64,000 nucleotides of DNA from the human T2T-CHM13v2.0 reference genome, Homo sapiens. The notes beneath the pieces were generated by a model, which saw only the letters and a program-made list of their open reading frames with translations, did no database searches and was not told the origin of the DNA. Within the stretch, counting starts at the first letter, position 1. Every line of letters begins with the position of its first letter. The translations under genes and the position numbers were made by a program. The stretch is taken from NCBI RefSeq assembly GCF_009914755.1, contig NC_060946.1. One strand, 5' to 3'. This document shows positions 25,470-41,439 of the stretch, in pieces.

Positions 25470-28400
25470 GTTTTGGCATATGTATGCACCTATAAAAGCA
25501 TCAACACATTCAAGATCATAAACATATGATCAATTGTGCCCCAGAAGTCACCTTGTCATCTTTTCCTCTCATCATTCCCCACTTCCACTATCACCCTGCA
25601 ATCCAGGCAACCACTGTTCTGCTCTCTGTCAGTATAGATTCCTTTGCTTTTTCTATAATTCTATATGAATGGAATCATATAGCATGTAATCTTTTGTGTC
25701 TGGCTTCTTTAACTCAGCATACCTTTGAGTTTTGTCCAAGTTTTTGCATATGTCAACAGCTCATTCTTTTTTATTGCTAAGTAGTATTCCATTGCATGAA
25801 TGTACTGCAGTCTGTGGATCCATTCACCTTTTGATGGGTGTTATTTAGATTATTTCCAGTTTTTGGCTATTACACATAGAGCTGCCATGAATATTGATGT
25901 ACAGTCTTTGTATGAATAGATCCCTTCAGTTGGATAAGTATCTAGGAGTGAAATGGCTAGATCACATGGTAGCAGTATGTTTAAGTATTTTTAAAACCAC
26001 AAACCATTTTTCAAAGAGGCTGCACAGTTTGCATGTCTAACAGAAGTGAATAAGAATTCTAGTGTCTCTCTGTCTTTGCCAACACCTGATAGGAATAGCC
26101 TTTTACATTTTGGACTTTCAAATCAGTATACAATGGTATATCATTGAGATTTTAACTTGAAGTATCTTAATGGCTAATGATGTTGAGCATCTCTTCATTG
26201 CTTATTTGCCGTCTGTATATTGTCTTTGTTCAAGCATCTATTCAAACTTTTTAGCCCTTTCTCAAAACTAAGCATCTTATTTTGAGATAGTTGTAGCATC
26301 AGTTTTGAGCATGTGCCCATTCTTTAATCAGGCTCTTTGTTTGCTTGTTATCAAGCTTTAATAGTTCTTTACGTATTCTGGATAAAAGTACTATATCAAA
26401 TATGTGTTGTGAAAATATTCTCTCTAACTCTGTGCATTTTTAGATTCCTTTAACAATGCCTTTCAAAGAGCAAAAGTTCTTAATTTTTATGAAGTCCAAT
26501 TTATCCATATTTTCTTATATGGATAATGGTTTTGGTGTCATATCAAAGATCTTTTTGCCTAACTCAGGGTCAAAAAGATTTTCTGATATGCTTTCTTCTA
26601 GAAGTTTTATAGTTTTGGGTTTTATATTTTGATCTTTAATCAATTTTAACCTAATTTTTATTTTATTAAGTATGGACAAAAGGTATTAATTCTTTGGATA
26701 TGAATAGCCCATTTTTCCAACATTATTTGTTGAAAATACTATCTTTCCACCACTAGATTGCCGAGGCACCTGTGTTGAAAGTCAACTGATTGTATATGTA
26801 TGGGTAAATTTCTAGATTCTATTCTGTTCCATTGATATATTGATCTTTTTGCTAATACCATACTAGGAATAGGAGGAAACTTGGACTTAGCCTTTGAAAT
26901 CAGGTACTGTAAATATATTTTCAATTTTATTTATCTTTTTAAAGAGGTTTGGGTTTTTTAGGTTCTATACTTTTCCATACAAATTTTAGAATCATTGTAT
27001 CTTTTTTTCTACCAAATAATAAAAGCCTGCTGGGATTTTGATTGGGATTATGTTGAATCCATAGATCAATTTAGGGAAAATTGGCATCTTGATGACATTG
27101 ACTCTTTTGTTCCATGAACATGGTATACCTCTTCCTCTATTTTGATGTTCTTTAATTTCTCTTAACAATATTCCCTAGTTTTCAATATGAAGGTTTTGCC
27201 CACCTTTTCTCAGATGTATCCCTATTTCATATTTTCACATGCTATTGCAAGCAGTAGTGGGTTTTCATTTCAATTTTCAATTATTCATTACTAATATATA
27301 GAAATGTAGTTGAGTGTGTATATCAATCTTGTATTCTTCAGCCTTGCTAAATTTACAAGCTCTAGTGTAGATACAGCAGGTTTTCCAGAAAGATAATTAT
27401 ATTGTTTGCTAATAAATATAGATGCCTCTTATTACTTTCTTTTTCTTCCTTTATTGTACTGGCCAGAATCTCCAGAAAAATGTTGACTAAAAGTGCTATC
27501 AGACGTCATTGCCTTGTTCCTAATATTAAAGGGAAAGCATTCACTTACTTACCATTTAATATTGTGTTTGTTGTAAGTTTTTCATAGATAACCTTTATCA
27601 AGTTAAGAAAGTTTCTCTCTGTTTCTAGTTTGCTAGGAGTTTTTAATAGAAATTGATAGATATTGAATTTTTTCAAATTCCTGTTCTGTGAATACTGAGA
27701 TAATTATATGGTGTTTCATCTTTAGTTTGTAAATATGATGAATTACGCTGATTTTTTAATGTGAAACCAAGGCTTGCATTCCTTTTTATCAATAAAAATA
27801 TTTTTTGCTCAAGAATTTACTTTGTTTGACATTAATATAGCCACACAAGCTTTCTTTAATTAGTGTTAGGAAGTATATCTTTCCATCTTTTAATTTATTG
27901 CATCCTTATATCTAAATTAAATTTCTTATAAGAAGCAATAGTTGGGTCTTGCTTTTTTATTCAATCTAACAACCTCTCCTTTAATTAGGTATTTGAATAA
28001 TTTTTATTTAACATGATTATTCATATGATTGGACTGAAATCTATCTTCTTACCATATTATTATTTACTTTGTATTTGTCTCATCTGTTTTTTGTTTTATT
28101 CTTCTTCTCTTCCAGTCTTCTGGATTTATTGAGTGTTATTTTATTATTCTGTTTTATCCCTTCTGGAATTAACCATAACTTTCTGTGTTATTGGTGGTTG
28201 CTTTAGAGTTTATAGCATACATCTTTAACTTATTAGAGCCTACCTTTAAAAAATACTAAGCTACTTCATATATTATATAGGAACCTTTCAACAATATGCT
28301 TCTATTTCTCCTCACCTGGCATTTGTGCATTTACTGTAACAATTTACATACTATGTATGTTATAAACCCCACAATACATTGTTAGTGTTCTCCCTTTAAA

Positions 28401-30055
28401 CCATGAATTATCATTTAAAGGGATTTAGATGTTAGGAAAAAAAGTATTTTATATTTTCCTATTCAGTGACCATGCCCAGTGCTCTTTATTTCTTTGAATA
28501 CCCATATTCCACATTAGTATCATTTTCCTTTGGCCTGTAGGACTTTCTTTAACATTTCCTGCAGAGTTTAACATGTCTTTTTTTAGCTTTCACATGTCTT
28601 TTTTTTTTTTTAAAGAAATCTTTATTTCACTTTATTTTTTGTAAAATATATTTCCTGGATATATAATTCTAAACATTTTTTTTTTAAGATACTGCTTCAC
28701 TATCTTCTGGCTTGCATTGTTCCTTATGAAAAGTTTACTATAATTCTTATCTTTTTCCATCTGCATGTAATATGTTCTTTTCTCTGTTCCTCTTTTTCAT
28801 TGTTTTAGGTATTTATCATTTGTCTTGGAATAGATTTTATTTGTTTGTTTTTTGCATTTGAAGTCTGTTAAGCTTCTTGAATCTGAGTTTTCATCAAACT
28901 TTTTTTCCATCCTCTCCTTTCAGAACCTCCAATTACATGTGTGTTAGGCTGCTTAAAGTTGTCCCCCAGTTTACTAATGCTTACTAATGCTCTGTTCTAT
29001 TTTTTAATTCTTTGTTCTTCTGTGTTTTGATTTGGTTTGTTTTTATTTCTGTGTCTTCAGATTCACTAATCTTTTCTCTTGCAATGTCTAATCTTCTGTT
29101 AATGCCATTCAATATATTTTTCATTTCAGATATGGTCATTTTTATTTCTGAAAATGTTTATGTCTCCATGTCTCCACTTAATATGCTCAATCTTTTCTCT
29201 AGGTTCTTGAACATAAGAAATACAACTTTAAAAGCTCTTTCAATGTCCTTGCCATTTTGACTCAGTTTCAGTAGACTGATTTTCTCCTCATTATGGGTTC
29301 TATTTTCCTGCTTCTTTGCATACCTGGTAATATTTTGATTGTGTGCCAGCTATTGTGAATTTTATCCTTTCAGGTGCTAATTTTTTTGTATTTCTATAAA
29401 TATTCTTGAGCTTTGTTCCTAGATGCAGTTACTTGGAAACAGTTTGATCCTTTCAGGTCTCGCTTTTAAGCTTTGTCAGGTGGGACCAGAAAAATGTTTG
29501 AACTAGGAGTAATTATTCCGAGTACTAAGGTAAAATGTTTCTGAGAGCTCCACCTGATGGAACAGGAGTTATTCCTGGGTACTATGGTATCTAATCCTTT
29601 CAAGTGCTTCTTCCTCTTTGCCTCTGGTCATTTCCTCACAAGCATTTGTTGATAAGCACTCTGCTGAGTACTTAAGGAGAGCCCTCTGCAAATCCCCAGA
29701 GCTCTCTTTTCCAGCTTTCTCTCTCTGGTACTTGGCTCTGCCAATTGTAGCAGATTTGGCCTCCCTGGACACCCAGGCTTATCTCCTCCATTTAAGAACA
29801 CCCAGATCTGTCTGAGTTCCCCCTCCCTATGTTGTGGACTGGAGTCTCTCTCAAGGTATAAGCTGGGGCAATTGTAGAGCTCACCTCATTTGTTTGCCAT
29901 CTCTCTGGGATCACTGTTCGTTGATATCTGATGTTCGATGTCTTGAAAACCATTGTTTTATGTGTTTTCTTTTGTTCTGTTTTAGTTGTTTCATATGGGA
30001 GGGTAAATCCAGGCCCTGTTATCCCATCTTGCTGGAAGCAAAAGTCCTTGTATGA
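25470..30055 (-). mobile_element. Long degenerate L1M element
   Basis: T-rich plus strand; ORF2-like peptide IYQWNRIES (26739-26924, minus); 3'UTR at left, 5' region at right; apparent internal gap near 27785. Confidence 0.85.
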
Positions 30056-31130
30056 TTAAGTTCTCATAAAAAAAAATAATAAAGATATGAAGAGGGGCTC
30101 TAAAATTGGGAAATTGGTGTGATCTAGGGATTTATTTTGTACCGGGCCCTCTAATTTTACCTTCATGTAGATCTCCCCTCTCCGGTACTTGGGGATGGTA
30201 ATGCTATACTCACTTTATAGAGGTCCCTGGGTCCTCAGGTAAGTGAGGTCCCAGGCCTTTGAGGGAGCTGTCCCAGGTAACAGAACTGACATTTGAATAT
30301 AGGTCTGTCTAATTACGCTTGCCATCCCACCTCACCAGCTTACTTGTTCACTCAAGCACCAGAATGAATGAATGAATGGAGTGGTAGGAAGAAGTGAGTA
30401 AACACATGCATCAATGTTTAACATATCTGCGGGTCCTCTCATTTCTCACAAATAATAAAAATGTCAGCACTGGAAGGGAACATCTGTAGGTCATCTTGAC
30501 CCATTTGAAAGGCTCAAGGAAGGCAAGGAATTTACCTGAGGCTGCACAGCCAGGGAATCAGCCCTGAGAAAGATCTCCTCTCCCCCTCTTCCTTCTCCAG
30601 TTGAGGCTAATAAAGCAAGAACAGCATTCTCATAGTATGTATATGTGTGTATATATATATTATTTGACTTTAAAGATGTATTTAAATATATCGCTTTCAC
30701 CTGGGCTTGCAAACAGTCAGGTTTTATTTGAACAAATTAGTCCTGAGTGCCTGGCGGAGTGCTGGGTGAGGGAGAGAGGTCAGAGCTAACAAGGAGAAAT
30801 AAAGCAGGCATGTGCCGTTAGGCTGTGTCGAGGCTTATTTAGAAAACATTCTCAGTCCACTCTCCTCCGCAGCCGGTAACTTAATCTGGAGGGCTCTTCT
30901 CCCGGACCCACTCCAGGCTGCTCTCACTCTGTCAAACCTGCTGGGACTGTTTTCTTAGAAAACCAGTTTGAAAGCAAACCATTAAAAATGACCTGTATTA
31001 AGGGGCTTTTCAGTGAGAGGAACCTAGGGATGAACATGAGTTTGCAGGAAGATAAAGTCCAACTTGGTCTGCAACAGTGTATTAATTGGGACTCCTTCTG
31101 CTATAAATTATAAAACCCAACTCAAACTAG

Positions 31131-31830
<700 letters not shown>

Positions 31831-33829
31831 TAAATATATGTGTGTGTAAATATACGTGTGTGTGCACATGGCACACACATCTGTTCATGTAACTGGGAAG
31901 TTTATTGGACTACTTTAAGGTACAGTTGAGTCCATTTGTTTTTGTTCCCTTTTAAAATAACTTTATCATTGCTCTTACAAAATGAATCCATTGTTGTTTA
32001 AGAAAAAAAAGTAATATATTAAAAAGTGGGAAAAAAAATAAAAATCACCCAAAACCTGTCATGCAAAAATAATCGTAGTTTTTCCTAAGCTTTTTCAAAC
32101 ATCCTTAAGATTGATAGGTATGTAAATATTGTAAATTCTAATGTTTGTCTTCTTTTCTGATTCTAAGGTCAATAAACACTCATGGTCAAACATTTGGGAA
32201 AGAGAGAGAAGTATAGAGTAAAAGTAATCAATCAGAATTCAACCAACAAAGAGGTCATCTCTGTTAATGTTATAGGATTTGCTTTTTAACTTTTCACCCT
32301 CTTTTTCTGTGTTTAATATATACTGTACATCATACATCATGTATGTGTATTCATTCAAAAGAAGGTAAAGTTAACATTGGATCATTTAGGAATCCCAGGC
32401 AGAAGACAACAGGTTGAGCCCTTCAGAATTCCCTAATATTTACCACTGGGCAACCAGTTTGTCTTTCTCAATTAAAAAAAAAAAAAAAGTCCAGTGAAAT
32501 CAGGTCATTCAATGTCAGTTTTTAATATTTAGAAAATATTTTCTCAGGTTTCTGACAGGAAAAGTAACTCTCATGCTGCTCTCTGAAGCTCTGCTTTTGT
32601 GGACACAGAATAGGCCATATTGGTTGCATCCTTTTCTCCTTACCTTCCGCCTAACGCCCCCCAGCCCCCAACTCTTGTGCAAATGGTTCCACCATTGCCG
32701 GAAAGTGCTAGAACAGAATGGCTGTGCTTAAGAGCCATCAGTGTGGTCCTGTACCAGTGAGTTAGGGATTAAGTAGGACTTTTGGCTGCTCCCCACCAAT
32801 CCCCAGCCTGTCTGCTCACTTACAGGAACAGGCTGGAAAACCTCTTTGAGCCTGGGCTTCGGTATTGATACCATTATAGAAATCACAAGTCTCCACTGCG
32901 TTTTCTTTGAAAGGTATACAAATACATTATGCTTTTGTGGGGTCTTGGAGACAATCTTCTTGTATTTGGGCAAATTTGGCTTGGCGGTGAGGCCGGAGGT
33001 ATGGCCAGGAAAACCCTGCACTACTCTTTTAAAGACTGTTGTTAAGAGGAACTTGTTTAAGAATTTTACACATGACTGCTTCCCACTGGGCGTGGAAGAG
33101 CTGCTTCTGGGGCATATGCAGACACAGCTTTAAATAGCCTTGACCCATGGAATGAAGTAGACCTTCCACAAATCCCTTTCGATCTGATTATATGGGAAGA
33201 TTTCACTTGTTATACTTGTTTTTAACACTTCTCTAGCACTTGCTAATCTCCCTTTTTAAGCAGCAAATAGTCTTCAAACACAAAACTTTTGGTGAGAATT
33301 GCTTATATGGCCAGCTACATGTAATAGAATATTATAACTGTATTCCACCCACTCTAAGATGCCATGATTGTTCAAATGCGCCATTATTTTTGCATACCTC
33401 TAAGAAAGAAAACCAATCTTCCAATTAGTTGTAAAAGACCATTTGTTGTAAGTTACATTTTAATTCCCAAGTTGCTAAAGTATAAAAAAAAGAAACAGAC
33501 AAAACCCTGTATGTCCTGGTAATGTCAAAATTTAATATTCTCACTGCTTTTATATGTATGATTGCCTTCTATTTATGGCTGATGGTGACGGTTTTACATT
33601 TACAAGTGTTACATAAATTATCTTTTGAAATAAATGTTTTTAAAAATCAAGTGGATTGATTTAAAGAAAAACCTCAATTATAACACTATGGATACAGATA
33701 CTGCAAGCTGGTTTATGAACAACTAAAGATTGTGAAATCTCACTACAAGTGATTTGGCAAGGCTGGTACCACGTCATCTCCAGGACTTTCTTAATACTGA
33801 GTGAGAATCTCTTATGACTGGAGACATCT

Positions 33830-34519
33830 TGTTACCAGCAGAAGAGATCCGGGTTACCCCAAGTTACTGCTCTGTATCTGTGTGGATCTGCAGCAACTTC
33901 AGCCCTTGCCTCCTCAGAAAGAAGAATTTGATTGAGGGGCATAAAGCAGAAAAAGAGACTGAGGCAAGTTCCAGAGCAGGAGTGGAGGTTTATTAAAAAG
34001 TCTTTAGAACAGGAAAGAGAGGAAAGAACCCTTGGAAGAGATCCAAGTGGGCACCTGAAGGTCAAAGAGAGAGAAAAAAGTAGGTCATTTAATCTTGATC
34101 CTAGGACTTTATAGGCTCACCTATTTCCCATGATTCTTCCCTTAGGGTGAGCTTTCTGCATGTTCAGTGTTTTCCTCACCCTTGGGAATTGAGGATGTGC
34201 AGTGTATTTAGGGAGTTACATGCATGCCCATCTGAGGCTTTCATCCTTTTTCTGGTGGTGTACCCAGAAGATCATACTTTGCCATTTTTGTCTCTTAATG
34301 TGTATGCCCAGGGAGTTGCTTCTCCCTGGGGCCTGGCTTTAATTAACACTTTATTGTTAATAAGTGTGGACCATCAGGAAATAGCCTCTCCCTGGTGCCA
34401 GCTGCCAATTTATCACTTTCAGAGAAGCAATGTAATAATTGCTGAGCCATCACCACAAATTTCTAGTGGGTGGGGGGAGAACCCTCTCCTGCCCTGCTCA
34501 TTCCTAACTACCTGTAATA
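33830..34519 (-). mobile_element. ERV1 solo LTR, MER50-like
   Basis: TGTTACCAG...GAGGGGCATAAAGCAGAAAAAGAGACTGAGGCAAG...CTAACTACCTGTAA. Confidence 0.8.
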
Positions 34520-35668
34520 TAGAGAGAGTTTCCCCCTTCTCTTCCTTTGCTGGGACCAAATTCTAAGCTGCATTCTTTACTATATTGGTCAGATGGAATC
34601 TCTTGCTGGATTCAAACCAAGACATGGTTTATGTGCAAGTCCTTTCTTATCACCATTTAGCCATTCTTGAGTTCCACATTTTGCTATATTTGTTGTCTGT
34701 AGACCATCCTCAAGTAATTTTTTCTAGAAGAGAATATGAAGATATGCTTTTTAATACTAAAAATAGATAAGAATGTTTTCTTCTGCCACTTCCAGACAAT
34801 AAAAACAGTTTGGCTGGGTATAAAATTATGGGGTCTCATCTTTTATTCTTTTAAGTTGCCCTTTTGGGGACATTTATTATTGCAGGGAGAAATCTTAGTC
34901 TTTTGAAGTTAAATTATTATTTTAATGTTTAATGTTTTCTGTCTAAATCCTTAGAAGATTTTTCATTTACCTTTGGAATTCAAAGCCAGAATTAATCTAG
35001 TCATGGTCATTTTTTTCATTACTTTGTTCATAACCTGGTGATATTTTTCAAGACACATTATTAAGGTTTCCTTAACTCTGGAACTTTTTTCCATTGTATC
35101 TTTGATTAATACTGGTGCTATAATGCCTGACTCTCATGATGGTTATTATAATTAATTGATATTTCTCTCATAAAACAATTAGGGTGATGCCTGGCATCCA
35201 CTGAGTGCTCAACAATTTTAATTATCTTATCTGTCTCCTTTACAGTCATTTTCTAGGGTATTTGGGCTTCTTATTTGGATAAAGCTCATATTTTTTATAA
35301 ATTGGTGTTGCCTGTCATTATTTTCATTAGATCCCTAGTAATAGGTCCAAGACAGGACACTTTATGATCCCCTGAAACATAAGATACAACTCCACCTTGG
35401 TGAAAGAGACTTTGAGATCTGACCCTAATCTCTAAGAAGGCACCAGACTTTTGATCTCATACAAGCCAAGAATAGACTCTCATAAAACACTTTGAGTATA
35501 CAGCTATGCATTCCAAACTTTCAGTGAGTAAAAAAGCATAAAAATTTATCAACTTATAAATTCTTTCTACAAGTGCAATTAGGCTGGCTAAGCAAAAGTA
35601 AACAGGATAAAAGAGTATCTCTTAAAAGAGGAAGAACTTTTTTCAAGCAGTTGTTAAAGACCTATCTA

Positions 35669-36247
35669 CAAATTGCTTATATGTTAATTATAAATCAAGT
35701 ACTCTAGAAACACCCATTGATAAATGATTTTCATGCAAATTATAAATTGCTTAAGAGAGCTCATTCACAAAATGATCTGTGCGCTAATTACAAATCAAGA
35801 AACTTAAACATACACATATACAAATGGTTTATGTGCTAATTACAAAAGGCATTTTAGAGACTATCATTTACAAATTAAATACATGCTCATTGCCCACTAA
35901 ATACTTTAGAAATTTCTATGTACCAATAATTTTCATGCTAGTTACACAGCAAATAATCTGAAACATACACAGTGTTTGCAAATAATCCATGTGCTAATTA
36001 CACAACACACACTTTAAAAACACCAATGTAAAAATGATTTGTGTGCTAATGACATAACAAACACCCTAGAAACTCCCAGATACATATGATTTATGTCTAA
36101 TTACACATCAGACACTTCAGGAACACCCATGTGCAAATGATTTATGTGCTAATTACACCGACACTTAATTTCAAAAATGTCTAACAACAAATTATTTGTA
36201 TGCTAATCACAAATCCAAACACTTACAATTGATTTATGTCCTAATGG
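35669..36247. repeat. Degenerate tandem array, 12 units, modal period 52 bp
   Basis: Unit starts 35669, 35721, 35769, 35821, 35871, 35923, 35979, 36031, 36083, 36134, 36188, 36226; core CAAATGATTTATGTGCTAATTACA. Confidence 0.9.
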
Positions 36248-36313
36248 TTAGCTGCTCTTATTTTGTTTCCTTTAAGGACCCACCATCTCAACAGATTGAC
36301 AGCTTTCTTCTGA

Positions 36314-36759
<446 letters not shown>

Positions 36760-38463
36760 AGGATTTATCTATTAGAGCAGGCTGAGAAGTATTACTTAGG
36801 GTAAGAGTGTTCTCTTCCTTTTGTCTGTTTCATTGGAACCATCAAATTAATGTAATGAATGAAGTATAGGTGCTTATTAGCCACTCAGTCTATATACTAA
36901 TCTTTCATGTTCAAAGACCTATTACTGTCCTCAAATGTATTTATGCAGAAATTTTGTCCATCATGGCCACTACTGCTTCCTTATGCCCTCTCTAGCATGT
37001 GATAGCTTACAAAAAAATTTTCCATATTCATTATCTTATTGGACTTGCTTCTTATAAAGGAGGAAGGACTCAAAAATAGAGGTTAAAAGTTCCCGTTTTG
37101 CAGATGGGAAAACTGAGGCTCAGCATAGCCAAGCAGTATTTCTCGTGGCAGACTTGACTCCAAAGTCAGCCAAACTTCACAACTAACGGTTTTTCTTCCA
37201 GTTGACATTCCTCCACAGGAAAACCTTCCATGGCCATCTTCCCAGAAGTCTCTAGAACAAAAACACCAACACTGCCCATAGGATGGGATCCACTCTCCCC
37301 TGCTACTGCATCCCATCCTGTCTCCTCCTGGCTCTCTCAGATCCCTGGCCTCTCCCTCCACACCATGCTGGCGTTTCAAACCAGACTGGGGGCCCCAGCA
37401 CGCTTCTCACCTCTTTAAGAGTGAAAATGTATATCCCAGAGATTGCTGCTTAATTGGCTGATTAATAACAGAAAACCTAATTGAATGCTCCCAGCTCGTA
37501 TGTACGATGTCTTAATGTTAGAGCCTTGGGAATAAACACACAGCAGGGAAGTCTGAACCGCAGCACAAGCACTAGCACTTTCAATTTAAAAGTCAATCTC
37601 ATTATACAAGAAGCTGTTGCCTTTATCCCCCTGGAAAAGCTCACACTCTCAAACCAGATTCCCCTTGTACCAGCATCCTCTGCTCCATCCTGTCTCTGAG
37701 TGACGCAAATATTAGGATAGGTCCCCTTTTTCCTTCTTTCCCCTTCCCCTCTCCTTCCCTCTCTCTGTCTCTGTCTCTCTCTCTCTTTCTGTTTGTTCTC
37801 CCTGCTGCATATCTGAGCAGCTCAGTAAATATTCATGAAATGCCATTGTGAGGTCTGTGAAGAGCGCAGACAATGGGCCGTCAGAGGTGATGTGCAATTT
37901 GGCATCGCCAGCACCCAAGGGTGAGGGAGGCAGTGAGGTGCCTCCAAGTCAAGCCTCATGTTACATACTGGTCCGTTCAGCTTTCTCCTTCAGGGCAGCC
38001 TGACTGGAAGTCTTATGGTGCTCAGAAAGCTGAGCTAGGTATTCTTGGCTGGGCTTAGAGTGACCAGGGAAGAGTCAGTAAGGGCTCCCGTACCCTAGGC
38101 TCGTCCTGGTCAATCACAGCATCTGAGGTAGGGCTGAAGCTCCTGGACAACTTTATTAATCAGCAAAGGGCTGCCATAACAATGTAGCACAGACTGGGTG
38201 GCTACCTTCTAAACAACAGAAATTTATTTTCTCCCTGGTCTGCAGGCTGGAAGTCCCCGTTCAAGGTGTAGCAGGGTTGTTTACTCCTGTGTCCTCTCTC
38301 CTTGGCTCAAAGATGGCACCTTTACGTTGTGTCCTCAACATGGTCTTCCCTCTGTGCATGCAGAGTGTCTTTCTCTGTATCCAAGTTTCCTCTTAAAAGG
38401 ACACCAATCAGACTGGATTAGGACCCCACCCTAAGGACTTCATTTTAACTTAATCATCTCTTT

Positions 38464-38782
<319 letters not shown>

Positions 38783-38796
38783 TTAATCACCTTTTT

Positions 38797-38965
38797 TTTA
38801 ACTTTTATTTTAGGTTTAGGAGTGCATATGCAGGTTTGTTACATAGGTAAATTGCATGTCATGGGGGTTCGGTGTGCAGATTATTTCATCACACAAGTAA
38901 TAAGCATAGTACTGAATAGGTGGTTTCTCCATCCTCTCCCTTTTCCCACCTGCCACTCTCAAATA
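38797..38965 (-). mobile_element. Short L1PA15/16-like 3' end
   Basis: AACTTTTATTTTAGG...GCAGGTTTGTTACATAGGTAAA...GATTATTTCATCAC. Confidence 0.8.
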
Positions 38966-39623
38966 CACATGTGGTCATGTTAATCACCTCTTTAAAGGCC
39001 CTATCTCCAAATACAGTTGCCTTCTGAGGTACTGAGGGTTAGGGCTTCAACATATAAATTTGGTGGGGGAGTGGAGGGAAGACACAATTCAGCCTATAAC
39101 AGCTTGTCTTTCTGCTTGGATTATCTCTAAAACTCCTCAACCTCAACATGTCCAAATGAATCCTCATGACCTTGAACCTCCGCCCAGGCCCCTGATGCCC
39201 TTGAGAATTTCCCATCTAGCAGAATGTCACCAACACAAGCTGGATACCTTTTGACTTATCCTGTCCACTCATCCCCCTGCCCAATTCATCTCCAACTTGC
39301 CCCGTTGACCTGACTCCCCAAATGCCACATCCCCAAGCCCAAGTTCCCATCATCTCTTTCCTGAACCTCCACTCCAACCCCCAGGTGTCTTTCTGCATCT
39401 AACCCTGCACATCTGCAGCCTATTCTGCAGAGTGGCAGAGGTATCTTCTTCAAGGCACATCTGATTATGTGCCCTTGCACCTGCTGAGCTTCCTGCATCT
39501 TCTCTGACCATCTCTTAAATGCTGATGCTCTTGGAATTCAGTCCCATCCATCTCTCTTCTCTCCATGTCATCTTCCTGAACACTCTCATCCACTTCTACA
39601 GCTTCAGTTACCGGCTAAAACCT

Positions 39624-40351
<728 letters not shown>

Positions 40352-41439
40352 TCATTCCCCAAACCCCAAGCCTCTCAACCAGCTTTCAAACCCAAGGGTC
40401 TTAAATGCTTTAATCCATTATCACTAAGCATAATAACAGCCCTGTAAATATTTGTAATGAGATACTTGGTGAAACAGAACTTGTAATTATTATTTTATTT
40501 TCATTAAAATATTATTTTAATAAATTAGTTTATTTTCACTAAAAGAACCCACCAGTCACTTCTCTAGGTTGACATGGTAAGTCACCCTGTGGTAAAATTT
40601 TGGACTGTAAAAGAGCCACATAAGTGGTGTCTCCAGTTAAGGTGAAAACCCATTCCTTGAAGGAAAGGTATAATAGAACCATTGGCACATGACTGCCACT
40701 CTCCCCTCCAAGATTTCTCAATGGGCAAGGATAAATTTACATTGTGGTTGGAAAAGAAGCCACCTGGGAGCAGAGAGATTGAGACCTGAACTCACTTTGT
40801 TGCAAAATTCAACATTTTTAGAACTTCTTTGCAGGGTTGGGGAGGTCCTGGATGAAGCAAATTGGTGGCGGGTTCAGGGGGTGGACATCTAAAGCCCTAC
40901 AGTGGAGATCACTGTGAAGAAATGGGGTGTCTAGTCTAGAGATGCAGCCTCATAATAACATCTGGGTGCTTGGGGAAAAGGACCATAGCTGAAATGGATA
41001 GACCCTCTAGTCACAGCCCCCTGATTTGATTGTTTCTAAAACACGACCACCAACCTATAGTGTTCAGTGACTGTGTGGTTGACTGTGGCTTCTAAAAGAC
41101 TACTTGAGACCCTGAGCATGGAGCAGTTCTGTAATCTGGACAGGAATCTGGAACAACATCCTCAAAACTTGGGAAACAGGTGCCAGACTTCACCAGACAA
41201 GTTCCCAACAGTGGCACATTGTGGAGACTAAAGACTAGATAGTGATAATTTATGAATGAAACTCTAGTTTACTCTACACCTGTCTTCAGAAGCAAGACTG
41301 ACCTCCTTGGAACAGACTTTCTGGACAATTTGCTGGCAGAGGAAGAGACCACAAGAGGAAAAAAGTGGACTTCCTGGTAATTTAGGGGTTTGATTAACAA
41401 ATTTGAATATTTAAAAGAGATGTTATTTTCACTAAAGAA

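Noticed and set aside
35669-36247. CRISPR-like appearance (conserved core plus variable linker)
   Set aside because: Linkers are homologous to each other, cores are degenerate, there are no cas genes and the DNA is primate
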